This document shows positions 42,837 to 51,428 of a DNA stretch of 64,000 nucleotides, in pieces. Location: assembly GCA_963779415.1 (NCBI GenBank), contig CAVZYA010000001.1, positions 608,001 to 672,000 of the forward strand, written 5' to 3'. The first letter of the stretch is position 1. Every line of letters begins with the position of its first letter. This DNA comes from an uncultured Acidobacteriota bacterium. GTDB lineage: Bacteria > Acidobacteriota > Thermoanaerobaculia > UBA5066. Under the pieces are notes generated by a model, which was not told where the DNA came from, did not search any database, and saw only the letters and a list, made by a program, of their open reading frames with translations. Both the position numbers and the translations under genes were made by a program.

Positions 42837-43385
42837 ATGAAGGGAGCGATCGCGGTCTGGTGGATCGGAGCCGGTCCCTTCGAGGCAAGTCTTCTCGGCG
42901 GCGTGAGACAGGCTCTCGAGACCTCCTACGGGCTTCCCGCGCGCCTTCACCACGGCTCCGATCGGCCTGCCGATTCGTTCGAGCCGAGACGGGGACAGCA
43001 CGCCTCCGGGAAGATCCTGGCCTGGCTCGCCTCGCGCGCTCCCGACGAGAGCCGACGGATCCTCGGCGTGACGGACGCCGACCTCTTCATCCCGATCCTC
43101 ACCTTCGTCTTCGGCGAGGCCGAGCTCCGGGGCCGCGCGGCCGTGGTCTCCACCGCGCGCCTCTCGGACCGGGAAGGCGTCCCGGCCGAACCGTCGCTCC
43201 TCGCCGCCCGCCTCGCCAAGGAGTGCGTCCACGAGGTGGGGCATACGTTCGGTCTGATCCATTGCCGCGTTCCGGGCTGCGCCATGGCCCGGTCCGCGAG
43301 CCTGCGCGACGTCGACGCGAAGACGGAAGATCTCTGCCACGAGTGCCGCGACCACGTCCGCGACGTTCTCCGAAAGGAGCGCTGA
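42837..43385 (+). CDS. Archaemetzincin (M54) zinc metalloprotease
   Basis: DLFIPILTFVFGEA, VVSTARL, KECVHEVGHTFGLIHC, CAM..S, D.K...LC..C. Confidence 0.9.
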   Translation: MKGAIAVWWIGAGPFEASLLGGVRQALETSYGLPARLHHGSDRPADSFEPRRGQHASGKILAWLASRAPDESRRILGVTDADLFIPILTFVFGEAELRGRAAVVSTARLSDREGVPAEPSLLAARLAKECVHEVGHTFGLIHCRVPGCAMARSASLRDVDAKTEDLCHECRDHVRDVLRKER

Positions 43386-43389
43386 AGCC

Positions 43390-44775
43390 ATGAGCCGGAA
43401 GAACACCCGAATCCTGATCGTCGATGACGAGGAGGTCGTCCGCGAGTCGTTGGGCGGCTGGCTGGAGAAGGACGGGTACAGCCTCGGGAGCGCACCGGAC
43501 GGCGCCTCCGCCCTGAAGGCCGTCGAGGAGAAGGAGTGGTCAATCCTCGTCGTCGACCTGAAGATGCCCGGCATCGACGGGCTCCAGGTCCTGCAGGCGG
43601 TCAAGGAGAAGCACCCCGAGATCGCCGTCGTCATCATGACGGCCTACGCCACCGTCGACACCGCCGTGAGAGCGATGAAGCTCGGCGCCTATGACTACAT
43701 CGTCAAGCCGTTCGACCCCGAGGAGCTCTCCCTGATGATCCAGAAGATCGTCGGGCAGCAGGCCCTCGTGAGGGAGAACCTGATTCTCCGCAAGGCCCTC
43801 AAGCGCGAATACCGGTTCCACGACTTCGTCAGCAAGAGCCCTATCATGCGCGACGTCCTCGAGCTGGCCAAGACCGCGGCCCGGAGCCCTTCCACGATCC
43901 TGATCCTCGGCGACAGCGGGACGGGAAAGGAGATTCTCGCCCGGTCGATCCATGCCGAGAGTCCGCGGGTGGCGAAGCCCTTCGTCGCCGTCTCCTGCGC
44001 GGCCCTGACCGAGACGCTCCTCGAGTCCGAGCTCTTCGGCTACGAGAAAGGGGCCTTCACGGGAGCCTCCGGGCGTCACGAGGGAAAGTTCGAGGCCGCC
44101 AGCGGCGGCACGCTCTTCCTCGACGAGATCGGGGACATCAGCCCGAAGCTGCAGCTCGACCTGCTGCGCGTTCTGGAGGAGCGGCGGGTGACGCGCGTCG
44201 GCGGCACCGAGAGCATTCCGGTCGACGTCCGGATCATCGCGGCCACGAACCGCGACCTCGCGAAGGCCGTCGAGGAGGGAAGGTTCCGGCAGGACCTCTA
44301 TTACCGGCTGAACGTCATCGCCATCCGGCTCCCCCGCCTCACCGAGCGGCGAGAGGACATCCCTCTGCTCGTCGACCACTTCCTCGAGCACCTCGGCGTC
44401 GAGATGAAAAGAGAGGCCGAGGGGATCTCGGCCGAGGCGATGGCGCTCCTGATGTCGCACGACTGGCCGGGCAACGTCCGAGAGCTGCGGAACGTCCTCG
44501 AGCGTGGCCTCGTCGTAGCGAAAACGCCGGTCATCCAGGCTTCCGACCTCGGACTCGTCCCGGGTGCGACGGGGGGCGGAAGCGACCGTCCCGCCTCGCT
44601 CTCCGAGGTGGAGAAACGCCATATCGCCTCGGTCCTCCACCACGCGGGCGGCAACGTCAGCCAGGCCGCGCGCATCCTCGACATCGACCGGGTCACCCTC
44701 TACAACAAGATCCGGAAGTACCACCTGCGCGACGCCGAGGAGCACGATGCGGCGCCGGAGTCCGAGAAAGCCTGA
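43390..44775 (+). CDS. NtrC/AtoC-family sigma54-dependent response regulator
   Basis: REC (DLKMP), GDSGTGKE, ESELFGYEKGAFTGA, FLDEIG, WPGNVREL, Fis HTH. Confidence 0.96.
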   Translation: MSRKNTRILIVDDEEVVRESLGGWLEKDGYSLGSAPDGASALKAVEEKEWSILVVDLKMPGIDGLQVLQAVKEKHPEIAVVIMTAYATVDTAVRAMKLGAYDYIVKPFDPEELSLMIQKIVGQQALVRENLILRKALKREYRFHDFVSKSPIMRDVLELAKTAARSPSTILILGDSGTGKEILARSIHAESPRVAKPFVAVSCAALTETLLESELFGYEKGAFTGASGRHEGKFEAASGGTLFLDEIGDISPKLQLDLLRVLEERRVTRVGGTESIPVDVRIIAATNRDLAKAVEEGRFRQDLYYRLNVIAIRLPRLTERREDIPLLVDHFLEHLGVEMKREAEGISAEAMALLMSHDWPGNVRELRNVLERGLVVAKTPVIQASDLGLVPGATGGGSDRPASLSEVEKRHIASVLHHAGGNVSQAARILDIDRVTLYNKIRKYHLRDAEEHDAAPESEKA

Positions 44776-44863
44776 ACAGGCCTTTCTGTTTCCATTCCGT
44801 GACAGCGATGAGCGGAACCGGTAACGGTGACGCCGCCGCGACGCATGCGCCGGCTCGCGAGGG

Positions 44864-44880
44864 AAGGTACCAGGTTTGCA
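44864..44880 (+). promoter_or_regulatory. sigma54 (-24/-12) promoter
   Basis: AAGGTACCAGGTTTGCA (GG-N10-GC with TTGCA), about 24 nt before ATG 44904 and directly downstream of the NtrC gene. Confidence 0.65.
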
Positions 44881-44903
44881 TCTCTCGTGACAGGGAGCTT
44901 CGC

Positions 44904-45737
44904 ATGCCGATCGTCACGATTTCCCGCGGAACCATGAGCGGTGGGAAGGCCCTGGCGGAGTGCCTCGCCACGACGCTGGGCTGCTCCTGCATCGCCCGCG
45001 AGGTTCTGGTCGAGGGCGCCGCCAAGCTGGGGGTCTCGGAGGAGTTCCTCCGCGAAAGACTGGAGCGAGCGCCCGGTCTCTGGGAGCGCCTGACAGCCGA
45101 GCGGAAGACGTACGCTCTGGCGACGCAGGCGGCTCTGGCCGAGCAGGTCGTCCGCGGCGAGGCCGTCTATCACGGCCTGGCCGGACACCTCCTCCTTCGC
45201 GAGATCCCCGAGGTGCTGCGCGTCCGGCTCATCGCGCCGGCCGAGATCCGGGTGAAGGCCCTCATGGAGCAGCGGCGCATGACCCGGGAAGACGCCGAGA
45301 GGTTCATCGCCCAGGTGGACAGTCACCGGGTGAGGTGGACGCGGCTCATGTACAACGCCGACATCGAAGACCCGCGTCTGTACGACATCGTTCTCAACCT
45401 CGAGAAAACCACGATCCAGTCGGGATGCGACACGGTCATCACCCTCGCCCGGCGGCCGGAATTCACCATCGACGACGCCGCCCGCGCGCGTTTGAGCGAC
45501 TTCGTCCTCACCTGCCGCGTGCGTCTCGCCCTGGCCGTTCAGCCGGCCACGCGGGGCCTCGAGCTGGACGTGACGGTCCGCGGCGGCACGGTCACCCTTT
45601 CGGGCAAGGTCCCGAAGCCCGACATGCTGACCCATGCGAGCGATCGCTGGATGAAGGAGCTTCGCGAGGCGGTGGAGGGGGTGACGGGAGTCAAGCGGGT
45701 CGTCCTCGACGTGAGCGTGGTAAGCGCTTACCACTGA
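44904..45737 (+). CDS. Cytidylate kinase-like family protein with C-terminal BON-like domain
   Basis: GGGAG RBS; MPIVTISRGTMSGG P-loop, LRVRLIAP...R, DPRLYDIVLN; tail LDVTVRGGTVTLSGKV...VEGVTGVKRV. Confidence 0.82.
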   Translation: MPIVTISRGTMSGGKALAECLATTLGCSCIAREVLVEGAAKLGVSEEFLRERLERAPGLWERLTAERKTYALATQAALAEQVVRGEAVYHGLAGHLLLREIPEVLRVRLIAPAEIRVKALMEQRRMTREDAERFIAQVDSHRVRWTRLMYNADIEDPRLYDIVLNLEKTTIQSGCDTVITLARRPEFTIDDAARARLSDFVLTCRVRLALAVQPATRGLELDVTVRGGTVTLSGKVPKPDMLTHASDRWMKELREAVEGVTGVKRVVLDVSVVSAYH

Positions 45738-45747
45738 GAAATCCGAA

Positions 45748-45768
45748 GGCGCCTCCCGACGAGGCGCC
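45748..45768. repeat. Intergenic 8-bp stem-loop
   Basis: GGCGCCTC-ccgac-GAGGCGCC just before the AGGAGG RBS; no U-tract. Confidence 0.45.
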
Positions 45769-45782
45769 GTCAGGAGGCCCGA

Positions 45783-45971
45783 GTGGAATTCCTGAACTGG
45801 CTCCAGAATCTGGGAAAGGACGCGAGTCCGGCGCCCGGGTTTCAGGCGCGTCCCGAATACGTCCTCGTCTCCGTCCTCCTTCCGGTTCTGGTGGGTCTTT
45901 TCGTCGGCTTCACGCTGAGGCTCATCGAGCGGCTCCTCGGGGTGGAGCTGGGAAAGGGCGGGGCACACTGA
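45783..45971 (+). CDS. Small membrane protein (DVU0150-like paralog)
   Basis: AGGAGG RBS, one TM, EYVLV...GLFVG...LGVELG motif shared with 48600..48930. Confidence 0.7.
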   Translation: MEFLNWLQNLGKDASPAPGFQARPEYVLVSVLLPVLVGLFVGFTLRLIERLLGVELGKGGAH

Positions 45972-45972
45972 G

Positions 45973-46908
45973 ATGTCAGCCGGAGAGTTCCTTCTCGGCG
46001 TCGACAACTTCCCGTACCTCGCCCTCTTCGGCCTCGTGATCGGAGCCCTGGGCGGCTTCTTCGGGGTAGGCGGCGGCTTCCTCATGGTCCCGATGCTGAA
46101 CGTGGTCTTCGGTGTGCCGTACAACATCGCCGTCGGCTCGGACCTCGGCCAGATGTGCGGGATGTCGACCGCCGCCACCGTGCGCCACATGCGATTTGGC
46201 AACATCGACTTCAAACTGGGCCTTCTGATGATCGTCGGAACCGCGAGCGGGGTCGAGGTCGGCGCCCAGCTCCTGGAGTTGCTCAAGCACCTCGGGAGCA
46301 TGTCGATCCTGGGGCGCGAGATCGACATGATGACCGTCATCATGAGTCTGGTCTACGCGGCGCTCCTCATCTTCCTGGGTCAGGCGATGGTGAGGGAGTC
46401 ACTCCGGACGATGAGGCGGGCCGCGGGCCAGATCCAGCTCGGCGCCGAGGCGCCTACCGCGACGGCGGCCGTGCGGCTCCGGACCGTCAAGCTCTGGCCG
46501 ATGGTGAGCCTTCCGGCGTCGGGGATCGAGTCGGTCTCGCTCTGGGTGATTCTCGGAATCGGCTTCGCCACCGGGCTCCTCTCCGGGATGCTGGGAGTCG
46601 GGGGGGGCTTCATCCGGATGCCGGCGCTCGTCTACATTCTCGGCTGCCCGACGGTCGTGGCCGTCGGGACCGACCTCTTCGAGATCATGTTCAGCTCGGC
46701 GTACGGCGTGATGACGCACTCGTTCAAGGGAAACGTCCATCTCGGACTCGTGCTGGCTCTGCTCGCCGGCACCGCCGTCGGAGCCCAGATCGGGGCGTCC
46801 TACACGAGAAGAGCCGGGGGGCCCTGGGTCCGATTCGGTTTCGGATGCCTGGCCTTCGTCGGCGTCTTCATGGTCGTCCTGAAGCTCTATCTGAAGCTCC
46901 TCCACTAG
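45973..46908 (+). CDS. TauE/SafE (TSUP) sulfite-exporter family transporter #1
   Basis: Duplicated GFFGVGGGF / GMLGVGGGF, AVGSDL / AVGTDLF, GNIDFK, GAQIG. Confidence 0.9.
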   Translation: MSAGEFLLGVDNFPYLALFGLVIGALGGFFGVGGGFLMVPMLNVVFGVPYNIAVGSDLGQMCGMSTAATVRHMRFGNIDFKLGLLMIVGTASGVEVGAQLLELLKHLGSMSILGREIDMMTVIMSLVYAALLIFLGQAMVRESLRTMRRAAGQIQLGAEAPTATAAVRLRTVKLWPMVSLPASGIESVSLWVILGIGFATGLLSGMLGVGGGFIRMPALVYILGCPTVVAVGTDLFEIMFSSAYGVMTHSFKGNVHLGLVLALLAGTAVGAQIGASYTRRAGGPWVRFGFGCLAFVGVFMVVLKLYLKLLH

Positions 46909-46912
46909 ACCT

Positions 46913-48142
46913 ATGGGCGGGTTCTGGCGCCGCCTCGCCCGGATCCTCCCCCCGGTCCCGCGCCGACAGGGCCGCCTCTCCGTGGAGGCGAAGTTCACGC
47001 TGCTCCGGGCGATCGGCGCCGCAAACGACACGTTTCTCGCCGCCCTCGCCCGGTACCAGGAAGGAGAGGAGACGGAGACTCCGCCGGGGCTGGGCGCCGT
47101 CGCCGAGGCGTACGAAGGCCTGTCGGCACCGGTCGGCGAGATGGTCCGGTCCCTTCTGACCATGTCCCGGGGGCGTTATGTCGAGCTGGCCCAGCGTTAC
47201 GAGACGCTCGATCGGGAGCTGGCCTGCGAATTCCTGGGCTCTTCTCCCGTCGAGTTCGGCCCCCTCGTCATGACGCCCGAAGACGCCGAGGCCTGCCTTC
47301 CGGTGCGCGAGAAGCTGCGGAAGCTGATGGAGCGGGTGACGCCTCTCACGCTGACCGACCCCGAGTCGCCCACCTTCGACCCCGCGCACTGCCAGACGCT
47401 TCACGACGTGGCTCACTTCGTCCATCAGCGCGCCATGGGCGAGATGTCCGCCATCGAGGAGCTGACGGCCGGCGAGCGGCGCACGTGCCGGCGCCTCGTA
47501 TGGCACCGCCCCATGGAGGTTCGGCTTCTGGACCTCGGGGGGGCGGTCGGGCCGGAGACCGGCCGGGAGGTCGCGCTAGCGGACGTGACCTCGGTCCCGC
47601 TTCATGCTCTTCTGGAAGGGATGCTGGACTCGCGGCTCCGGTGGGCCGGTCCCGTGGGATTCGACCTGAAAGGGTTCGTCTCGGTGGTGGTTCGGAGCGC
47701 CGCGGACGACCAGCGGTACGGCGAGCCGAGCTACGCCCTCTGCTCCGCGGATTACCTCCACTTCGCCTCGCGCCTTGCCTACCACTTCGCCCTCGTGGAT
47801 GCCCTCTGCGGCGAGTCGTTGAACGAAAACTATGTCCGCTTCCGTTTCCATGGCGGCGCGGCGGTGGCCGAGCGGCGGGAGTGGCGGGGGCAGTTCCTCG
47901 TCACGGTGCTTGAGTACAATCGCTTTCTCGTCACGCACGTGGGTGATCGCGTGAATGCCATCCTCCCCGGGCGGCCCGTAGAGGAACTGGAGGACGCTCT
48001 CGTCATGCTGGGCCGGCTGATGGTGGCCTCCCGGCATCTGGACATGGTGATCGAGAGCCCTGCGGTGGCCGTGACCCTCGCCCGGGCCTTTCTGGCCGGC
48101 GACTACGGCTTCGATCTGGTCCGGACGCAAGCGGAGCGGTGA
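46913..48142 (+). CDS. PEP-synthase-related protein lacking ATP-grasp and His domains
   Basis: Aligns by eye to the N-terminal helix and C-terminal domain of 51429..53936 and 56003..58588 (TPLTLTD, CQTLHD..HFVHQ, DLGG, YHF..VD, NYVRFRF.GG, LDM). Confidence 0.8.
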   Translation: MGGFWRRLARILPPVPRRQGRLSVEAKFTLLRAIGAANDTFLAALARYQEGEETETPPGLGAVAEAYEGLSAPVGEMVRSLLTMSRGRYVELAQRYETLDRELACEFLGSSPVEFGPLVMTPEDAEACLPVREKLRKLMERVTPLTLTDPESPTFDPAHCQTLHDVAHFVHQRAMGEMSAIEELTAGERRTCRRLVWHRPMEVRLLDLGGAVGPETGREVALADVTSVPLHALLEGMLDSRLRWAGPVGFDLKGFVSVVVRSAADDQRYGEPSYALCSADYLHFASRLAYHFALVDALCGESLNENYVRFRFHGGAAVAERREWRGQFLVTVLEYNRFLVTHVGDRVNAILPGRPVEELEDALVMLGRLMVASRHLDMVIESPAVAVTLARAFLAGDYGFDLVRTQAER

Positions 48143-48179
48143 TGGGATTTCTCGTAGGCATGAGAGGCGCGGAGAGCGT

Positions 48180-48603
48180 ATGAGCGGTTCCGAACGGATC
48201 CGGGTTCTCGTCGTGGATGACGAGGAGGACTTCGCTTCCGCCATCGCCGAGCGCCTCGCACGGCGCGGCTTCGACGCGGCGGCTGCGTTCTCGGCGAGGG
48301 CGGCCCTGGCGCTTCTCGAAGAGTTGCCCTCCGACGTCGTCGTCCTCGACCTGAAGATGCCGGGGATGGACGGCCTCACCGCCCTGCGGGAGATCCGGAA
48401 GCTCCACCCCGGCGTCCAGGTCATCGTTCTCACCGGACACGGCACCGTCGCGTCCGGCATCGAAGGGATGCAGGGAGGCGCCGCCGATTTCCTGCAGAAA
48501 CCCGTCACGATCGAGGTTCTTTGCGCGGCCATCGCGGTCGCCGCCGAGCGCTCGCGCGCGGGCGGTACGTCCGGGGGGCCGGGAGAGGGAGGAAGAGAGA
48601 TGA
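48180..48603 (+). CDS. Single-domain response regulator (3' end read through, probably by an indel)
   Basis: VLVVDDE, VLDLKMPGMDG, LTGHG, FLQKP. The natural stop is probably TGA 48601-48603 overlapping ATG 48600. Confidence 0.85.
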
Positions 48604-48930
48604 ATCGAACGACGATTCGCCGGCCGATCCGCGTCGGGGCGGGACGCCTGCATTCCGGTCCTGACCGGACTCGCGATCCTTGCGCTCGGGCTCGAGGCGC
48701 GGGGTGCCCCTGCCGGGCCCGCCAGGCAGCTGGTCAACATCGCCGACACGCGCACGCTCCCGCAGGGGTTCACCCGCTGGATCGCGGACGTCTACAACAC
48801 GTCGCACTGGGAATACGGGCTTCTCGTCGTCATCGTCATGGCAGCCATGGGGCTCCTCCTCGGCACCGGATTCGACCGCGTCATCACGAAGCTGGGCATC
48901 GACCTCGGGCGGCTCGAGCATCACGAGTAG
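48600..48930 (+). CDS. DVU0150-like small membrane protein (absent from the ORF track; one frameshift near 48650)
   Basis: Read manually: ...LTGLAILALGLEARGAPAGPARQLVNIADTRTLPQGFTRWIADVYNTSHWEYGLLVVIVMAAMGLLLGTGFDRVITKLGIDLGRLEHHE, stop TAG 48928-48930. Confidence 0.75.
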
Positions 48931-48952
48931 GCCGGACCGGAAGGAACAGCAC

Positions 48953-49981
48953 ATGGACTTCTTCACCGTCTACCTCCCCATCGCGGGAATGCAATTCAAC
49001 GTCCTGCTCCTGCTTCTCATCGGTTTCACCGTCGGCGTCTGCGGGGGCTTTTTCGGGATCGGCGGGGCCTGGATCGTCACGCCCGCCCTCAACATCTTCG
49101 GCTTTCCGATGCCCTATGCCATCGGGACGGACCTTGCCCACATGGGAGGCAAGTCGATCGTCTCGACGATGCGGCACGGGAAGTTCGGAAACGTCGACCT
49201 GAAGCTCGGTTTCTCGATGATCCTCGGAACCACCGTCGGAATCGAGCTCGGAGCACGGCTCGTCATGATGCTCGAACGTGCGGGCCTCGCCGAGTCGGTG
49301 ATCCGGAAGGCGTACATCGTCTTCCTCGGCCTGATCGGCTCGTACGTCCTCTACGACTACATCAGCCACACCCGACGCAGCGCGCGGCCGGCAGAAGCCC
49401 AGACAGCCCGGCCGGAGACGATCGCCCACCGGCTTCAACGGATCAAGATCCCGCCGATGATCCACTTCAAGGCCTCCGGGATCACCTGCTCTCTCTGGCT
49501 GCCGATCCTCGTGGGCCTCACGACGGGGATCGTGGCTGCGGTGCTCGGCGTCGGGGGGGGGTTCATCCGGATGCCGGCCCTCATCTACCTGATCGGCTGC
49601 CCCACTCTGGTGGCCGTCGGAACGGACCTTTTCGAGGTGATGATCACGGGAGCGTACGGATCGTTCACCTACGCGGTGAAGGGGCGCGTCGAGCTGATTG
49701 CGGCGATGTGGATGATCCTCGGCGCCGCCGTCGGCGCCCAGATGGGAACCGTCGCGGTGAAATACGTGCGCGGCTACGCCATCCGCCTCCTCTTCGCCTG
49801 CACGATCTTCATTGCCTGCGCCTCGGTGATCCTCAAGCAGCTTCAGTTCCAGCTCGCCTCGTCGATCACGATCCTGGCCGCCGGAATCGCCATCAGCTCG
49901 GTCATCATCTTCTGGCTGGTCAAGGGAATCCTCGCGGAGCGGGCGGCGCAGCGCCGGCGGCTGGCGGGGACGTCGATCTAG
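48953..49981 (+). CDS. TauE/SafE (TSUP) transporter #2
   Basis: AAGGA RBS, VYLPIAG, GFFGIGGAW, AIGTDL, GNVDLK, LGVGGGF, VAVGTDLF, GAQMG. Confidence 0.9.
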   Translation: MDFFTVYLPIAGMQFNVLLLLLIGFTVGVCGGFFGIGGAWIVTPALNIFGFPMPYAIGTDLAHMGGKSIVSTMRHGKFGNVDLKLGFSMILGTTVGIELGARLVMMLERAGLAESVIRKAYIVFLGLIGSYVLYDYISHTRRSARPAEAQTARPETIAHRLQRIKIPPMIHFKASGITCSLWLPILVGLTTGIVAAVLGVGGGFIRMPALIYLIGCPTLVAVGTDLFEVMITGAYGSFTYAVKGRVELIAAMWMILGAAVGAQMGTVAVKYVRGYAIRLLFACTIFIACASVILKQLQFQLASSITILAAGIAISSVIIFWLVKGILAERAAQRRRLAGTSI

Positions 49982-49993
49982 AAGGAGAGGACG

Positions 49994-50326
49994 ATGAGAC
50001 AAATGCGAATCGGTGCGGGACGGATTCTCCTCGCCTTCTCCCTCCTCTTCGTGGCCTGCGGCCCGGCCCCGATCGTCGTTCAGGGGACGGTGGTCCGATA
50101 CGACGCCGTCGGGAAGCTCCTGCTCCTTCGGGACGAGAGGCCGCCCCAGGCGACGATGGAGATCTCGATCGCCGGCGCCGAGGTGGGAGCCGATCCGATC
50201 CCCGGGGATACCGTCCGCGTCGCCTACCGGGTCGCCGATGACCGCCCCGTCGCCACGCGCGTCATGAACCTCACCCGCCAGGAGGAGATCGGAAAGAAAG
50301 GGGTGAAGAGCTCGGGCGGCCATTGA
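49994..50326 (+). CDS. Small lipoprotein, OB-fold-like
   Basis: AGGAGAGG RBS, FVAC lipobox, QGTVV.YD, GDTVRVAY, ATRVMNLT; ends in GGH. Confidence 0.75.
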   Translation: MRQMRIGAGRILLAFSLLFVACGPAPIVVQGTVVRYDAVGKLLLLRDERPPQATMEISIAGAEVGADPIPGDTVRVAYRVADDRPVATRVMNLTRQEEIGKKGVKSSGGH

Positions 50327-50365
50327 CCTGAAGTTCGAATCCCGGGATGCCCGCCGGAACTTCCC

Positions 50366-50899
50366 ATGCCGACACTGAAGAGTCTCTTCCTGGTCTTCCT
50401 GAAGATGGGCGCTTTCGCATTTGGTGGCGTCTACTCGATGCTCTCGTTTTTCCAGAGGGAGCTGGTGGACCGGAGACGCTGGCTCAGTGAGGAAGAGTTC
50501 GCCGAAGGAGTGGCCATCGGCCAGATGACACCGGGCCCACCAATCATCAACACCGGGATCTTCGTCGGTTACCGTCTGAAGGGGGCCCGGGGAGCCGTCA
50601 CAACAACCGCCGGCCAGGTCCTCCCGGGTTTCCTCCTGGTCCTCGTTCTGGCATTCCTTTACACAAAGTACAAATCCGTGCCTCTCCTCGAAGGCGCCCT
50701 GAAGGGGATCGGCGCGGCTGTCGTGGGCCTTCTCGGCTCGGTCGTGCTCAAGATGGGCCGGCAGATCGTCGACGGCTGGCAACCCGCGCTTCTGGCGTTG
50801 GGAGGCTTCGGCCTCCTCTATTTCGCCAGGGCGAATCCGATTTTGTTGATCGCGGCGTCCGGCATGCTCGGCTACCTGCTCTACGGGAGAAGCCGATGA
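50366..50899 (+). CDS. Short-chain chromate (CHR) transporter subunit 1
   Basis: FLKMGAFAFGG, WLSEEEF, GQMTPGP, GIGAAVVG. Confidence 0.9.
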   Translation: MPTLKSLFLVFLKMGAFAFGGVYSMLSFFQRELVDRRRWLSEEEFAEGVAIGQMTPGPPIINTGIFVGYRLKGARGAVTTTAGQVLPGFLLVLVLAFLYTKYKSVPLLEGALKGIGAAVVGLLGSVVLKMGRQIVDGWQPALLALGGFGLLYFARANPILLIAASGMLGYLLYGRSR

Positions 50900-51411
50900 C
50901 GCTCGTGATGCTCTTCGGGGTCCTCTTCCTCGTCAACCTCTTCACGATCGGCGGCGGGTACGTCATGCTCCCACTGCTTCACGGATTCTTCGTGGAGCGG
51001 TTCGGCTGGCTGACGAACCAGGAGTTCATGGACGCCGTGGCTATCGGGCAGGTGACGCCGGGCCCCTTGACCATAATGAACACCTTCATCGGCTACAAGG
51101 TTGCCGGGCTCGCGGGGGCGGTGACCGCGACCGCCGGGAGCTACCTCCCGTCGCTCCTCGTGACGACCTTCGTGACGAAGTACTACCTCAAGTTCAAGAC
51201 CTCGAAAGTGGTCAGCTCGGTCTTTCGCGGCATCAAACCGGCCGTCGTCGGAATGCTCCTGGCCGTCTGCCTCAGCCTCGGGACGGCTTCCCTCGTGAGC
51301 CCGACCGCGATTGCGATCTGCGTTACGAGCTTCGGACTCATGACGTTCACGAAGATCGATCCGACGATTCTCGTTCTCGCTGCAGGAGTCGCGGGGGCGA
51401 CGCTTCTCTAG
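50896..51411 (+). CDS. Short-chain chromate (CHR) transporter subunit 2
   Basis: FTIGGGY, WLTNQEFMDAVAIGQVTPGP, GIKPAVVG. Confidence 0.9.
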   Translation: MTLVMLFGVLFLVNLFTIGGGYVMLPLLHGFFVERFGWLTNQEFMDAVAIGQVTPGPLTIMNTFIGYKVAGLAGAVTATAGSYLPSLLVTTFVTKYYLKFKTSKVVSSVFRGIKPAVVGMLLAVCLSLGTASLVSPTAIAICVTSFGLMTFTKIDPTILVLAAGVAGATLL

Positions 51412-51428
51412 GGATTTCCGGATCCCCG

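Noticed and set aside
44819-44825. CGGTAAC shared upstream of both island sigma54 promoters (also 63594-63600, minus strand) as an enhancer site
   Set aside because: Only a 7-mer, and closer to -24 (about 40-65 bp) than typical activator sites; cannot be supported by eye.
48180-49202. 340-aa response regulator with a novel output domain
   Set aside because: The tail is out-of-frame read-through over the DVU0150-like and TSUP genes, probably from an indel in the G-run near 48575.
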